From Pristiophorus japonicus (Eukaryota): a DNA stretch of 64,000 bases. The notes under the pieces were generated by a model that was not told the origin of the DNA, did not search any database, and was given only the letters and a program-made list of their open reading frames with translations. The position numbers and the translations under genes are program-made. Below are positions 35,901-48,100 of the stretch, piece by piece. The DNA lies in NCBI RefSeq assembly GCF_044704955.1, contig NC_092006.1:4836001-4900000 (forward strand), written 5' to 3'. The stretch's first letter is position 1. Each line of letters starts with the position of its first letter.

Positions 35901-37349
35901 AAGCCAGTATATCCTTCCTTAAGTAAGGTGACCAAAACTGCACGCAGTACTACAGGTGCGGCCTCACCAATACCCTATACAGTTGCAGAAGGACCTCCCT
36001 GCTTTTGTACTCCATCCCTCTCGCAATGAAGGCCAACATTCCATTCGCCTTCCTGATTACCTACTGCACCTGCAAACTAACTTTTTGGGATTCATGCACA
36101 AGGACCCCCAGGTCCCTCTGCACCGCAGCATGTTGTAATTTCTCCCCATTCAAATAATATTCCCTTTTACTGTTTTTCTTCCCAAGGTGGATGACCTCAC
36201 ACTTTCCGACATTGTATTCCATCTGCCAAACCTTAGCCCATTCGCTTAACCTATCTAAATCTCTTTGCAACAGTGATGTCTTGCATTTAAATAGCGCCTT
36301 TGATGTCCTAAGGCGCTTCACAGGAGCATTAGTCAGACAAAAATTAAAGGTCGAACCCCACGAGGAGAGATTACGACAGGTGAGCAAAGGCTTGGCCGAG
36401 GAGGGAGGTTTTAAGGAGGAGAGAGGGGCGGAGAGGTTTAGGGAGGGAGTTCCAGAGCTTGGGGCCCAGGCAGCTGAAGGCACGGCCACCGATGGTGGAG
36501 CGATTATAATCAGGGATGGTCAAGAGGGCAGAATTGGAGGAGCAGTAGGAGATAGGGAGGGATGTAGGTGCTGGAGGAGAGTACAGAGATAAGGAGGGGT
36601 GTATGGGCTGGAGGAGATTACAGAGATAGAGAGGGGTGTAGGGGCTGGAGCAGGTTACAGAGATAGGGAGGGGTGTAGGGGTTGGAGGGGGTTACAGAGA
36701 TAGGGAGGGGTGTAGGGGTTGGAGGGGGTTACAGAGATAGGGAGGGGTGTAGGGGCTAAAGGAGGTCACAGAGATAGGGAGGGATGTAGGGGCTGGAGGA
36801 GGTTACAGAGTTAGGGAGGGATGTAGAGGCTGGAGGAGGTTGCAGAGATAGGGAGGGGTGTAGGGCTGGAGGAGAGGCAGTACTGAGGGAGCGCCGCACT
36901 GTCGGAGGAGCAGTACTGAGGGAACACCGCACTGTCGGAGGGACCGTCTTTCGGCTGAGACGTTAAACCGAGGCACCATCTGCCCTCTCGGTTGTAAAAG
37001 ATCTATTGGAAGAAGAGCAGGGGGAGTTCTCCCCGGTGTCCTGGGGCCAATATTTATCCCTCAACCAACATCACTAAAAACAGATGATCCGGGTCATTAT
37101 CACATTGCTGTGTGTGGGAGCTTGCTGTGCGCAAATTGAGCTGCCGCGTTTCCCACAATACAACAGTGACTGCACTTCAAAAAGTACTTCATTGGCTGTA
37201 AGGCGCTTTGGGACGACCGGTGGTGGTGAAGGGCGCTATAGAAATGCACGTCTATTTCTTTTCAATATAGTTGAGCAGGAAGGTAACGGTTTTCTCGTGT
37301 TGTTCCTTCACAGACTATGTACGCGCACCTGGCATTCGCTGTGGATTAG
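29898..37349 (+). CDS. Gene C: non-rearranging VJ-C1-TM-ITIM receptor, 6 coding exons, 299 aa
   Basis: Exons 29898-29940, 32874-33212, 33304-33609, 34848-34964, 35067-35125 and 37314-37349. Total 900 nt, open frame; AATAAA at 37562. Confidence 0.9.
30001..31880. repeat. 28-bp minisatellite (reverse complement of 19705-22800) in gene C intron 1, about 67 copies
   Basis: (GGTTTTGGAKAGAATTAATAAGGAGAAG)n running into a CR1 remnant at 31880-32220. Confidence 0.95.
32874..33212 (+). CDS. Gene C VJ exon
   Basis: 339 nt; [28 protein letters not shown]; cag| and |gtaatc ends. Confidence 0.94.
33304..33609 (+). CDS. Gene C C1-type Ig domain exon
   Basis: 306 nt; 7 nt differences from the gene B C1 exon by hand count. 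Confidence 0.93.
33735..34295 (+). mobile_element. Nested CR1 3' fragments in gene C intron 3
   Basis: [17 protein letters not shown]..; tail tcttatgttcttatg. Confidence 0.85.
34490..34690 (-). mobile_element. L2-like LINE 3' fragment (also at 36270-36545 and 48930-49180)
   Basis: Minus strand [15 protein letters not shown]-type C-terminus found at three sites. Confidence 0.6.
34848..34964 (+). CDS. Gene C stalk and TM exon (E)[38 protein letters not shown]
   Basis: Acceptor ctttctgccgttcag, donor ccag|gtactg; 117 nt as in gene A; shares PLHS..C and TRQ with gene A. Confidence 0.87.
35067..35125 (+). CDS. Gene C 59-nt cytoplasmic exon (E)[19 protein letters not shown]
   Basis: Acceptor tcttcttaaacctag, donor gag|gtaggt; phase 1 to 0. 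Confidence 0.8.
35386..36270 (-). mobile_element. CR1 3' fragment
   Basis: [32 protein letters not shown]; (TAAGAACA)n. Confidence 0.9.
36545..36875. repeat. 37-bp minisatellite GGGAGGGGTGTAGGGGYTGGAGGRGGTTACAGAGATA, about 9 copies
   Basis: Period 37 read directly; continuous with the L2-like fragment. Confidence 0.85.
36876..37262 (+). mobile_element. Deu-domain SINE, 5'-truncated, ending about 50 nt before the gene C terminal exon
   Basis: Matches 27700-28065. Confidence 0.8.
37314..37349 (+). CDS. Gene C terminal exon [11 protein letters not shown]
   Basis: Acceptor tgttgttccttcacag; TxYxxLAF as in A and B. Confidence 0.85.
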   Translation, partial: TMYAHLAFAVD

Positions 37350-37561
37350 ACCGCATCGTGAGAGCGGGAAGGGTTTGCCAATATCCTCCCGGTCCGGATC
37401 GGAAGAGTTGGGGCCTTGAGAAATACAGCGCCCACTCGCCGCGCCCTCAGTCACAACCTGTGCACGGTGACCATTCACTCCAATGTCCCCGAACTCCCAG
37501 TGTGACTTTCCTCTGCCGGTAGTTTTGATCAATCTTTGATTCTTGTCTTTATTAGCGTTGC

Positions 37562-37567
37562 AATAAA
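37562..37567 (+). terminator. Polyadenylation signal of gene C
   Basis: AATAAA about 210 nt after the stop codon, followed by T-rich sequence. Confidence 0.6.
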
Positions 37568-37737
37568 AAACATTTTATTCTCTTTACAACCTCATGCCCA
37601 CTTCGAATGCATCCGTTATCAGACACAGAGAAGCGGAATTTATTGTTGAAATCGATGATAACTGTTGCTAAAGGGGCCAATTATCTCAGGATTTGTGTTC
37701 AGTTTAACTGTCAGAGGGACGAACGTGCATTTTAGAT

Positions 37738-38395
37738 CACATAGAAACATAGAAAATAGGTGCAGGAACAGGCCATTCGGCCCTTCGAGCCTGCACCACC
37801 ATTCAATATGATCATGGCTGATCATTCACCTCAGTACCCCTTTCCTGCTTTCTCTCCATACCCCTTGATCCCTTTAGCCGTATCTAAGGGCCACATCTAA
37901 CTCCCTCTTGAATATATCCAACGAACTGGCCTCAACAACTCTCTGTGGTAGAGAATTCCACAGGTTCACAACTCTCTGGGTGAAGAAGTTTCTCCTCATC
38001 TCGGTCCTAAATGGCTTACCCCTTATCCTTAGACTGTGACCCCTGGTTCTGGACTTCCCCAACATCGGGAACATTCTTCCTGAATCTAACCTGTCTAATC
38101 CCGTCAGAATTTTATATGTTTCTACGAGATCCCCTCTCATTCTTCTAAACTCCAGTGAATATAGGCCCAGTTGATCCAGTCTCTCCTCATATGTCAGTCC
38201 AGCCATTCCGAGAAACAGTCTGGTGAACCTTCGCTGCACCCCCTCAATAGCAAGAACGTCCTTCCTCAGATTAGGAGACCAAAACTGAACACAATATTCC
38301 AGGTGTGGCCTCACCAAGGCCCTGTACATCCCGGGAATCAGTCTGGTGAACCTTCACTGCACTCCCTCAATAGCAAGAACGTCCTTCCTCAGATA
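37738..38395 (-). mobile_element. CR1 3' fragment (continues at 41257-41355)
   Basis: [26 protein letters not shown]. Confidence 0.88.
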
Positions 38396-38403
38396 GAGGA
38401 CAG

Positions 38404-41256
38404 ATGTGCAAATAGATGTTAACAAATATGATGTGATTGGGATTACGGAGACGTGGCTCCACTATGATCAGGGCTGGGAACTCAACATCCAGGGGTATTC
38501 AACATTCAGGAAAGATAGAATAAAAGGAAAAGGAGGTGGGGTAGCATTGCTGGTTAAGGAGCAAATTAAGGCAATAGTTCGGAAGGACATTAGCTTGGAT
38601 GATGTGGAATCTATATGGGTAGAGCTGCAGGATACCAAAGGGCAAAAAACGTTAGTGGGAGTTGTGTACAGACCTCCAAACAGTAGTAGTGATGTTGGGG
38701 AGGGCATCAAACATGAAATTAGGGGTGCGTGCAATAAAGGTGCAGCAGTTATAATGGGTGACTTTAATATGCACATAGATTGGGTTAACCAAACTGGAAG
38801 CAATACGGTGGAGGAGGATTTCCTGGAGTGCATAAGGGATGGTTTTTTAGACCAATATGTCGAGGAACCAACTAGGGGGGAGGCCATCTTAGACTGGGTG
38901 TTGTGTAATGAGAGAGGATTAATTAGCAATCTCGTTGTGCGAGGCCCCTTGGGGAAGAGTGACCATAATATGGTGGAATTCTGCATTAGGATGGAGAATG
39001 AAACAGTTAATTCAGAGACCATGGTCCAGAACTTAAAGAAGGCTAACTTTGAAGGTATGAGGCGTGAATTGGCTAGGATAGATTGGCGAATGATAATGAA
39101 GGGGTTGACTGTGGATGGGCAATGGCAGACATTTAGAGACCGCAAGGATGAACTACAACAATTGTACATTCCTGTCTGGCGTAAAAATAAAAAAGGGAAG
39201 GTGGCTCAACCGTGGCTATCAAGGGAAATCAGGGATAGCATTAAAGCCAAGGAAGTGGCATACAAATTGGCCAGAAATAGCAGCGAACCCAGGGACTGGG
39301 AGAAATTTAGAACTCAGCAGAGGAGAACAAAGGGTTTGATTAGGGCAGGAAAAATGGAGTACGAGAAGAAGCTTGCAGGGAACATTAAGACGGATTGCAA
39401 AAGTTTCTATAGATATGTAAAGAGAAAAAGGTTAGTAAAGACAAACGTAGGTCCCCTGCAGTCAGAATCAGGGGAAGTCATAACGGGGAACAAAGAAATG
39501 GCGGACCAATTGAACAAGTACTTTGGTTCGGTATTCACTGAGGAGGACACAAACAACCTTCCGGATATAAAAGGGGTCGGGGGGTCTAGTAAGGAGGAGG
39601 AACTGAGGGAAATCCTTATTAGTCGGGAAACTGTGTTGGGGAAATTGATGGGATTGAAGGCCGATAAATCCCCAGGGCCTGATGGACTGCATCCCAGAGT
39701 ACTTAAGGAGGTGGCCTTGAAAATAGTGGATGCATTGACAGTCATTTTCCAACATTCCATTGACTCTGGATCAGTTCCTATGGAGTGGAGGGTAGCCAAT
39801 GTAACCCCACTTTTAAAAAAAGGAGGGAGAGAGAAAACAGGGAATTATAGACCGGTCTGCCTGACATCGGTAGTGGGTAAAATGATGGAATCAATTATTA
39901 AGAATGTCATAGCAGCGCATTTGGAAAGAGGTAATATGATAGGTCCAAGTCAGCATGGATTTGTGAAAGGGAAATCATGCTTGACAAATCTTCTGGAATT
40001 TTTTGAGGATGTTTCCAGTAGAGTGGACAAGGGAGAACCAGTTGATATGGTATATTTGGACTTTCAGAAGGCTTTCGACAAGGTCCCACACAAGAGATTA
40101 ATGTGCAAAGTTAAAGCACATGGGATTGGGGGTAGTGTGCTGACATGAATTGAGAACTGGTTGTCAGACAGGAAGCAAAGAGTAGGAGTAAATGGGGACT
40201 TTTCAGAATGGCAGGCAGTGACTAGTGGGGTACCGCAAGGTTCTGTGCTGGGGCCCCAGCTGTTTACACTGTACATTAATGATTTAGACGAGGGGATTAA
40301 ATGTAGTATCTCCAAATTTGCGGATGACACTAAGTTGGGTGGCAGTGTGAGCTGTGAGGAGGATGCTATGAGGCTGCAGAGCGACTTGGATAGGTTAGGT
40401 GAGTGGGCACATGCATGGCAGATGAAGTATAATGTGGATAAATGTGAGGTTATCCACTTTGGTGGTAAAAACAGAGAGACAGACTATTATCTGAATGGTG
40501 ACAGATTAGGAAAAGGGGAGGTGCAAAGAGACCTGGGTGTCATGGTACATCAGTCATTGAAGGTTGGCATGCAGGTACAGCAGGCGGTTAAGAAAGCAAA
40601 TGGCATGTTGGCCTTCATAGCGAGGGGATTTGAGTACAGGGGCAGGGAGGTGTTGCTACAATTGTACAGGGCCTTGGTGAGGCCACACCTGGAGTATTGT
40701 GTACAGTTTTGGTCTCCTAACCTGAGGAAGGACATTCTTGCTATTGAGGGAGTGCAGCGAAGGTTCACCAGACTGATTCCCGGGATGGCGGGACTGACCT
40801 ATCAAGAAAGACTGGATCAACTGGGCTTGTATTCACTGGAGTTCAGAAGAATGAGAGGGGACCTCATAGAAACGTTTAAAATTCTGACGGGGTTAGACAG
40901 GTTAGATGCAGGAAGAATGTTCCCAATGTTGGGGAAGTCCAGAACCAGGGGACACAGTCTAAGGATAAGGGGGAAGCCATTTAGGACCGAGATGAGGAGG
41001 AATTTCTTCACCCAGAGAGTGGTGAACCTGTGGAATTCTCTACCACAGAAAGTTGTTGAGGCCAATTCACTAAATATATTCAAAAAGGAGTTGGATGAAG
41101 TCCTTACTACTAGGGGAATCAAGGGGTATGGTGAGAAAGCAGGAATGGGGTACTGAAGTTGCATGTTCAGCCATGAACTCATTGAATGGCGGTGCAGGCT
41201 AGAAGGGCCGAATGGCCTACTCCTGCACCTATTTTCTATGTTTCTATGTTTCTATG
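38404..41256 (+). mobile_element. Young CR1 LINE with near-complete ORF2 (APE endonuclease and RT) and one premature TGA at 40146-40148
   Basis: ITETW, GGGVA, VYRPP, MGDFN, SDH (APE); KSPGPDG, NYRP, DFQKAFD, GVPQGS, FADD (RT). Confidence 0.96.
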
Positions 41257-41384
41257 ATTAGGAGACCAAAACTGAACACAATATTCCAGGTGTGGCCTCA
41301 CCAAGGCCCTGTACATCCCGGGAATCAGTCTGGTGAACTTTCGCTGCACACCCCCAGCGGAATTTACAGCTATTTTCGTTGTAT

Positions 41385-41642
41385 CTATAAACCAGTGACC
41401 CCTGCTTAAAGGGTCACACTCCAAAGTGTCCCCTTGGTTTTTTGGGTTTTTTTTCCTGAGAGCACCAAAAACACAAATTATACAAGTGGCCCCCCTGACG
41501 AACTTAAACAAATTAAACTTTAAATATTGTGGTTCAAATTAACATTTGGTTGCCGGGCGGGTGCGGGGGGTGATGATGCGCTCCAGTCCCTCGGGCGCCC
41601 ACCTCTCGCAGAAGGCCGCGAGCGTACTGGTGGACACCGTGG
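41385..41642 (-). mobile_element. Probable Tx1/L1-clade 3' end
   Basis: Minus strand VSTSTLAAFCERWAPEGLERII followed by an A-rich 3' region; assigned from recollection. Confidence 0.5.
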
Positions 41643-41942
41643 AAGAGAACGCGCTTTACAACCTTCCCGTTGGAGCTTGTGGGATCTTCCTGTGCGCCAA
41701 AGTGGCAGCTGCATGTCGCTACATTGCACTGGTGGCCACACTTCAAGATAAAAAGTGCGTTCATTGGCTGGGAAACAGGGCGGGACGTCCCAAGCTCCTT
41801 GTGTGCCGCGACAGAAGACCAAAAGTCTTTCCTGACTGGTCACAATGGAAACGCTGCACAACATCTTTTGGTCAAGTTGTACTCAACACACACAGTTCCA
41901 GTTAGTTAACGGAGGGGAAATATACTTGCAACCCAGGGTGGA

Positions 41943-42820
41943 GCTTTGGAGGCAGTTCAGAGAAGGTTCACTCGGTCGATTCCGGAGATGAGGGGGTTGA
42001 CTTATGAGGAAAGGTTGAGCAGGTTGGGCCTCTACTCATCGGGATTCAGAAGAATTCAGAGGTGATCTTATCGAAACGTATAAGATTATGAGGGGGCTCG
42101 ACAGCAGGACCCGGGGGTACTTGTGCATGAAACACAAAAGGTTAGTATGCAGGTACAGCAAGTGATCAGGAAGGCCAATGGTATCTTGGCCTTTATTGCA
42201 AAGGGGATGGAGTATAAAAGCAGGGAGGTCTTGCTACAGTTATACAGGGTATTGGTGAGGCCACACCTGGAATACTGCGTGCAGTTTTGGTTTCCATATT
42301 TACGAAAGGATATACTTGCTATGGAGGCAGTTCAGAGAAGGTTCACTCGGTTGATTCCGGAGATGAGGGAGTTGACTTATGAGGAAAGGTTGAGTAGGTT
42401 GGGCCTCTACTCATTGGAATTCAGAAGAATGAGAGGTGATCTTATGGAAACGTATAAGATTATGAGGGGGCTTGACAAGGTGGATGCAGAGAGGATGTTT
42501 CCACTGATGGGGGAGACTAGAACGCGGGGGCATGATCTTAGAATAAGGGGCCACCCATTTAAAACTGAGATGAGGAGGAATTTCTTCTCTCAGAGGGTTG
42601 TAAATCTGTGGAATTTGCTGCCTCAGAGAGCTGTGGAAGCTGGGACATTGAATAAATTTAACACAGAGATAGACGGTTTCTTAACCGATACGGGGATAAG
42701 GGGGCGGGCAGGGAAGTGGAGCTGAGTCCATGATCGGATCAGCCACGATCGTATTGAATGGCGGAGCAGGCTCGAGGGGCCGAATGGCCTACTCCTGCTC
42801 CTATTTCTTATGTTCTTATG
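41943..42820 (+). mobile_element. CR1 3' fragments
   Basis: 200-aa RT C-terminal ORF at 42123-42725; tail present. Confidence 0.9.
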
Positions 42821-43074
42821 ATTCCAGTGTACAATACTACCACCTTCACCTCGTATGGGAATTAAACACATACTTATACAGGGGCTCAAAGGGTTAAATT
42901 GTGTGGGCAGTTTGCACAGATGTGGCTTGATTTCCTCGATTATAGAAGATTAAGAGGTCAACCAATTGAAGCGTTTAATTTGCTTGAAGGGTTGATAGGG
43001 TCGAAAGAGAAAAATTATTTCCTCTGTTGGGGGAGTCCAGAACAAGGAGATGTAACTTTAATTTTAAAGCAAGT

Positions 43075-45165
43075 AAGACTTGCATTTATATAGTGCCTTT
43101 CACGACCACCGGACATCCCAAAGCGCTTTACAGCCAATGAAGTACTTTTCGGAGTGTGGTCACTGTTGTATTGTGGGAAACACAGCAGCCAATTTACGCA
43201 CAGCAAGCTCCCACACACAGCAATGTGATAATGACTCAGAACATCTGTTTTACTGATGTTGGCCGAGGGATAAATATTGGCCCCAGGACACCGGGGAGAA
43301 CTCCCCCTGCTCTTCTTCGAAATAGTTCTGTGGAATCTTTTACGTCCGCTTGAGAGGGCAGACGTGGCCTCGGTTTAATGTCTCATCTAAAAGACAGCAC
43401 CTCTGATAGTGCTGCGCTCCCTCAGTCCTACCCCTCCGACAGTGCGGCGCTCCCTCAGTACCGCCCCTCCGACAGTGTGGCGCTCCCTCAGTACCGACCC
43501 TCCGACAGTGTGGCGCTCCCTCAGTACTGCCCCTCCGACAGTGTGGCGCTCCCTCAGTACCGACCCTCCGACAGTGTGGCGCTCCCTCAGTACTGCCCCT
43601 CCGACAGTGTGGCGCTCCCTCAGTACCGCCCCTCCGACAGTGTGGTGCTCCCTCAGTACCGACCCTCCGACAGTGTGGCGCTCCCTCAGTACCGACCCTC
43701 CGACAGTACGGCGCTCCCTCAGTACCGCCCCTCCGACAGTGTGGCGCTCCCTCAGTACCGACCCTCCGACAGTGTGGCGCTCCCTCAGTACTGCCCCTCC
43801 GACAGTGTGGCGCTCCCTCAGTACCGACCCTCCGACAGTGTGGCGCTCCCTCAGTACTGCCCCTCCGACAGTGTGGCGCTCCCTCAGTACCGCCCCTCCG
43901 ACAGTGTGGTGCTCCCTCAGTACCGACCCTCCGACAGTGTGGCGCTCCCTCAGTACCGACCCTCCGACAGTACGGCGCTCCCTCAGTACCGACCCTCCGA
44001 CAGTGCAGCGCTCCCTCAGTACTGCCCCTCCGACAGTGCGGCGTTCCCTCAGTACTGCCCCTATGACAGTGCGGCACTCCCTCAGTACTGCCCCTCCGAC
44101 AGTGCGACGCTCCCTCAGTACTGCCCCTCCGACAGTGCGATGCTCCCTCAGTACTGCCCCTCTGACAGTGCGGCGCTCCCTCTACTGCCCCTCCGACAGT
44201 GCGACGCTCCCTCAGTACTGCCCCTCCGACAGTGCGACGCTCCCTCAGTACTGCCCCTCCGACAGTGCGGCGCTCCCTCGGTACTGCCCCTCCGACAGCG
44301 CGGTGCTCCCTCAGTACCGCCCCTCCGACAGCGCGAGGCTCCCTCAGTACTGCCCCTCCGACAGTGCGGTGCTCCCTCAGTACTGCCCCTCCAACAGCGC
44401 GGTGCTCCCTCAGTACTGCCCCTCCGACAGTGCGATGCTTCCTTATTACTGCCCCTCTGACAGTGCGGCGCTGCCTCTACTGCCCCTCCGACACTGCGAT
44501 GCTCCCTCAGTACTGCCCCTCCGATAGTGCGACGCTCCCTCAGTACTGCCCCTCCGACAGTGCGGCGCTCCCTCAGTACTGCCCCTCTGACAGTGCGGTG
44601 CTCCCTCAGTACTGCCCCTCCGACAGTGCGGTGCTCCCTCAGTACCGCCCCTCCGACAGTGCGGTGCTCCGTCAGTACTGCCCCTCCGACAGTGCGGTGC
44701 TCCCTCAGTACTGCCCCTCTGGCAGTGTGGCACTCCCTCAGTACTGCCCCTCCGACAGTGCGACGCTCCCTCAGTACTGCCCCTCCGACAGTGCGGCACT
44801 CCCTCAGTACTGCCCCTCTTACAGTGCGGCGCTCCCTCAGTACTGCCCCTCCGACAGCGCGGTGCTCCCTCAGTACCGCCCCTCCGACAGCGCGGGGCTC
44901 CCTTAGTACTGCTCCTCCGACAGTGCGGTGCTCCCTCAGTACTGCCCCTCCGACAGCGCGGTGCTCCCTCAGTACCGCCCCTCCGACAGCGCGATGCTCC
45001 CTCAGTACTGCTCCTCCGATGCGCGGGGCTCCCTCAGTACCGCCCCTCCAACAGCGCGGTGCTCCCTCAGTATTGCCCCTCCGACAGTGCGGCGCTCCCT
45101 CAGTACTACCCCTCCGACAGTGCGGCGCTCCCTCAGTACTGCCCCTCCGACAGCGCGGTGCTCCC
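43075..45165 (-). mobile_element. Deu-domain SINE lacking its head, with a greatly expanded internal array
   Basis: SINE 3' half at 43075-43400, followed by the array. Confidence 0.85.
43400..45165. repeat. 33-bp minisatellite CTCCCTCAGTACTGCCCCTCCGACAGTGCGGCG, about 53 copies
   Basis: Period 33 read directly; explains the spurious 11-aa-periodic ORFs. Confidence 0.96.
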
Positions 45166-48100
45166 ACAGCTCTCTGGGGCAGCGAATTCCACAGATTTAC
45201 AACCCTCGGAGAGAAGAAATTCCTCCTCATCTCAGTTTTAAATGGGCGGCCCCTTATTCTAAGACCATGCCCCCTAGTTCTAGTCTCCCCCATCAGTGGA
45301 AACATCCTCTCTGCATCCACCTTGTCGAGCCCCCTCATTATCTTATACGTTTTGATAAGATTACCTGCAATGAGTAGAGGCCCAACCTCCTCAAACAATC
45401 CACATAAGACAACCCCCTCATCTCTGGAATCAACCGAGTGAACCTTCTTTGAGCTGCCTCCAAAGCAAGTGTATCCTTCCTTAAATACGGAGACCAAAAC
45501 TGCATGCAGTACTCCAGGTGTGGCCTCACCAATACCCTGTACAGTTGTAGCAGGACTTCCCTGCTTTTATACTCCATCCCCCTTTGCAATAAAGGCCAAG
45601 ATTCCATTGGCCTTCCTGATCACTTGCTGTACCTGCATACTAACTTTTTGTGTTTCATGCACAAGGACCCCCAGGTCCCGCTGTACTGCAGCACTTTGCA
45701 ATCTTTCTCCATTTAAATTATAATTTGCTTTTCTATTATTTCTGCCATTTTCCCACATTATACTCCATCTGCCAAATGTTTACCCATTCACTTAGCCTGT
45801 CTATATCCCTTTGCAGATTTTTTTGTGTCCTCCTCACAATTTGCTTTCCCACCCATCTTTGTATCATCAGCAAACTTGGCTCAGTCCCTTCACCCAAGTC
45901 ATTTATATAGATTGTAAATAGTTGAGGCCCCAGCACTGATCCCTGTGGCAACCCACTGGTTACTGTTTGCCAACCGGAAAATGACCCATTTATCCCGACT
46001 CTCTGTTTTCTGTTAGTTAGCCAATCCTCTATCCATGCTAATATATTACCCCCAACCCCGTGAGCTTTTATCTTGTGCAGTAACCTTTTATGTGGCACCT
46101 TGTCGAATGCCTTCTGGAAATCCAAATACACCACATCCACTGGTTCCCCCTTATCTACCCTGCTTATTAAGGGAATCGAGGGATATGGGGATCGGGTGGG
46201 AAAGTGTTGAGGTAGAAGATGTGGTGTATTTGGACTTCCAGAAGGCATTTGACAAGATGCCACATGAAAGGTTACTGCACAAGATAAAAGTTCATGGAGT
46301 GCGGGGGTGGGGTAATATATTAGCATGGATAGAGGATTGGCTAACTAACAGAGAACAGAGAGTCGGGATAAATGGTTCGTTCTCAGGTTGGCAATCAGTA
46401 ACTAGTGGAGTGCCGCAGGGATCAGTGCTGGGACCCCAACTATTTACAATCTATATTAACGACTTGGAAGAAGGGACCGAGTGTAACGTAGCCAAGTTTG
46501 CTGATGATACAAAGATGGGAGGAAAAGCAATGTGTGAGGAGGACACACAAAATCTGCAAAAGGACATAGACAGGCTAAGTGAGCCCACTAGTTACTGATT
46601 GCCGACCCGAGAATGACCCATTTATCCCGACTCTCTGTTTTCTGTTAGTTCGCCAATCCTCTATCTATGCTAATATATTACCCCCAACCCCGTGAACTTT
46701 TATCTTGTGCAGTAACCAAGTCGGGATGGTGTGTGACTGGGAGGGGAATGTGGAGGTGGTGGTGTTCCCATGCGCCTGCTGCCCTTGTCCTTCTAGCGGG
46801 TAGAGGTCGTGGGTTTGGGAGGTGCTGCCGAAGAAGTCTTGGCGAGTTGCCGCGGTGCATCTTGTAGACGGTGCACACTGCAGCCACGGTGTGCCGGTGG
46901 TGGAGGGAGTGAGTGTTGAAATTGCAACTCGATATCATACAAGCACAGAAATTTACAGCACGGAAGAAGGCCATTCCGGCCCATCGTGTCCACGCCGGCC
47001 GACAGAAAGCCACCCAGCCTAATCCCACTTTCCCGCTCTCGGTCCGTAGCCCTGTAGGTTACGGAACTTCAGGTGCACATCCAAATGTGGTGAGGGTTTC
47101 TGCCTCTACCACCCTTTCAGGCAGCGAGTTCCACCCCAGACCCCCACCACCCTCTGGGTTAAGAAATTTCCCCTCAAATCCCCTCTAAACCTCCCCCCAA
47201 TTACTTTCAATCTACCTCCCCTGGTTGTTGACCCCTCTGCCAAGGGAAACAGGTCCGACCTATCCACTCTATCCAGGCTCCTCATCATTTTATAGACCTC
47301 AATCAGGTCTCCTCTTAGCCTCCTCTGTTTCAAAGAAAACAACCCCAGCCTATCCAATCTTTTCTCATCGCTAAAATTCTCCAGTCCAGGCAACATCCTG
47401 GTAAATCTCCTCTGCACCCTCTCCAGTGCAATCACATCGTTCCTGTAATGTGGTGACCAGAACTGCATGCAGTACTCCAGCTGTGCCCTAACCAGTGCTT
47501 TATACAGTTCAAGCATAACCTCCCTGCTCTTGTATTCCATGCCTCGACTAATAAAGGCAAGTATTCCGTATGCCTTCTTAACCACCTTATCCCGGTACAG
47601 CGAGACCTAGGGTTACTTGTGCATGAAACACAAAAAGTTAGTATGCAGGTACAGCAAGTGATCAGGAAGGCCAATGGAATCTTGGCCTTTATTGCAATGG
47701 GGATGAAGTATAAAAGCAGGGAAGTCTTGCTACAGCTATATAAGGTATTAGTGAGGCCACACCTGAAATACTGCGTGCAGTTTTGGTTTCCATATTTATG
47801 AAAGGATATACTTGCTTTGGAGGCAGTTCAGAGAAGGTTCACAAGGTTGATTCCGGGGATGAGGGGGTTGACTTATGAGGAAAGGTTGAGTAGGTTGGGC
47901 CTCTACTCATTGGAATTCAGAAGAATGAGAGGTGATCTTATCGAAACGTATAAGATTATGAGGGGGCTTGACAAGGTGGATGCAGAGAGGATGTTTCCAC
48001 TGATGGGGGAGACTAGAACTAGAGGGCATGATCTTAGAATAAGGGGCCGTCCATTTAAAACTGAGATGAGGAGGAATTTCTTCTCTCAGAGGGTTGTAAA

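Noticed and set aside
43340-45497. Long ORFs of 235-449 aa on both strands (also 48309-49446, 27439-27798 and 1590-2357)
   Set aside because: By-products of the 33-bp and 38-bp tandem repeats; periodic peptides in several frames with no gene structure.
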